Assembly (NCBI RefSeq): GCF_036365525.1
Contig: NC_090393.1
Span: 40,215,746 to 40,279,745, forward strand
Length of the DNA: 64,000 nucleotides
Source: Heterodontus francisci
Taxonomy: Eukaryota
Reading direction: 5' to 3'
Program-made: the position numbers and the translations under genes
Notes under the pieces: model-generated
The model's database searches: none
What the model saw: the letters and a program-made list of their open reading frames with translations, nothing else
Told to the model about the DNA's origin: nothing
Part shown: one piece after another, positions 62,380 through 64,000 of the stretch
Numbering within the stretch: position 1 is the stretch's first letter
Layout of the letters: the number at the start of each line of letters is the position of its first letter

Positions 62380-62900
62380 CAAAATGGTATGTTTAACATG
62401 GCTGAACGATTTACATGTGGCCTCTTCTCACTCAAGTGCAAACAGTCTGCCTACAGAAATATTGGAGAAAGCCACATGCGGAAAGCATGATATCCAGGTC
62501 AGATCACAAGGCAGTACCTACCATAGTTGGCTGCCAAGTTATGCTATTGTACAATTAGTTATTGGGAAGTACAGATGCATTCTTGAATGTAACATTTGGG
62601 ATAACTTACAGCAATGACCAGCAAGAGAATATCTAAGACACACACAAAATTTCTAACATCCATCTTAACCACATACAAGAAAAGGCAAAAGAATCTCTGA
62701 CCATCAATTGAACCTAGGGATTTCACTTCACACAATTCAGAAAGGAACTCTTTTTTAAATTTTAGGTGTCTTTGCAATGACATGATAATTATGAAATATA
62801 AAACTGTTGAGCTCTGAAGCAACATCACCATGCTGGAGCACCAGTATGTAGCATTAGGACTGCTAACTTTTGCATTGTCCTAAACTAGACAGTGACTAGA
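62380..62900 (+). pseudogene. Possible ancient Gypsy integrase core/C-terminal remnant
   Basis: LHVASSHSSANSL..EILEKA resembles HVTSSPHYPQSNGL. VQLVIGKYRCIL resembles AQLLMGR.LR. HTRKGKRISDHQLNLG resembles YYDK..K.L..L..G. Confidence 0.35.
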
Positions 62901-63459
62901 ACAAGGAGAAGAGGAAGATGGTTGTGGGATCATAGCTTAAGTTCTAAATATTTGTTTTGCTGCTGATTTTAAAATGTACTAAAAGCATTTATTGCTAATG
63001 CTTCCACTGCATTCCAAAGCATGACTGTCTTAAATCTTGATGGGTAGTAATTCTGAACAATAAAGCCGAGCGATGCACATTTAACCACCACCCCCCCCCC
63101 CCCCCCGCCCCCCCACCCCCTCACCAACCTTTTCCTTCAAATCTCTGCTCTTATTTTGTGGTGCAATACTGGATGGGAGCTGCATGTATCCTTACAGTAA
63201 GAGAAATTGAGTGTCCTACTAGGCTGCTGTCATTTGCATGGGGCAGCACTGGTCGGGGAGCAAACTGCACATTCTCTCCTCTTGTTTGGACAGAGATATA
63301 GAGGACTTAGGAGGAGAGAATCAGCGAAAGAGTGTTTGTAAGCTATATTGAGGTGTAATTTGCACTTTTTTAAAAATTGCAAAGTTTTTGTAATGACTTT
63401 TCACACAGCAACGTAACAACAATAGGAGTCTATATTTATGAGCAGAGAGTTGAGATATT

Positions 63460-63800
63460 GGGCTTATTTCTGCTGGAGTAGAGAAATGTGATTTAATGGA
63501 CATTGTTAAAGTTATGAAGGGCGAATAGGGAAAGACTATTTCCTTTGGCTGGAGTGCCAGTGATGATGAGTCATCAGTTTAAATTGTCATCGAGATTGAG
63601 GAGAGAATTTATGAGAAATTTTTTTATGCAGCGAGCTGTTAGAACATGGCATGCTTTATGACAGGGAATATTTGAGACAGAGACAATTACATCTTTCAAA
63701 GACTTTATTTGAAAGAGAGAAACATGCAGGGCAACGGGGAAATGGTAAAGCATTGATATTATTTTTGGATTGCGATAGCAAATGAGGCAAAACAGATTGA
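63460..63800 (+). mobile_element. Highly decayed CR1 3' fragment
   Basis: GGGAAAGACTATTTCCTTTGG, CATCAGTTTAAA, GAGAAATTTTTTTATGCAGCGAG. Confidence 0.65.
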
Positions 63801-63803
63801 ACA

Positions 63804-64000
63804 GGCTGGATTTTACCAGCCCTCTGGAGAGAGGCTGGGAGGTGGGATGCCTCATAAAGTAGCAGCAGAAGATGTTGAGAGGGAAGCCCAACATCTTCCT
63901 GCTGCCCTGGGTTATTTCTAAAGGTGGGAACCTCAATGGCGTGGCCGCCCACTGACTGCAGGCAGGCGACCAATTAATCCAATTAATTGACCAATTATTG
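63804..64000. mobile_element. Left end of a Harbinger-type MITE (continues beyond the window)
   Basis: GGCTGGATTTTAC terminus and CCAATTAA repeats. Confidence 0.6.

Noticed and set aside
63086-63125. Poly-C/G4-like tracts (also 24470-24550, 33362-33450)
   Set aside because: Simple homopolymer runs, mostly inside MITEs, with no evidence of function.
1-64000. CRISPR array, prokaryotic operon or endogenous virus
   Set aside because: No regularly spaced repeats, gene-dense segment or viral hallmark protein seen.

Overview
Eukaryotic, repeat-dense non-genic (intergenic or intronic) DNA, almost certainly from a shark or other elasmobranch: it carries HE1-type V-SINEs, a Deu-domain SINE and abundant CR1 LINEs. 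No intact host protein-coding gene, rRNA, tRNA or CRISPR array is supportable. Every ORF I could assign to a protein family is a decayed transposon fragment. Contents: many 5'-truncated CR1 copies, L2, RTE, a second CR1-group LINE, three SINE families whose partner LINE tails are all in the window, and a two-LTR Gypsy-like element with gag and protease but no RT/RNaseH/integrase core. Also present are five solo LTRs with shared termini, a PIF/Harbinger set (autonomous fossil, Myb-only derivative, MITEs), short Penelope-like terminal fragments with degenerate hammerhead cores, and deep nesting. Family names come from my recognition of motifs, not a database search. Boundaries without a TSD or TIR are approximate. 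I found no convincing wholly novel system. The best leads are the gag-protease-only LTR element, the hammerhead-like mini-elements and the Myb-only Harbinger.
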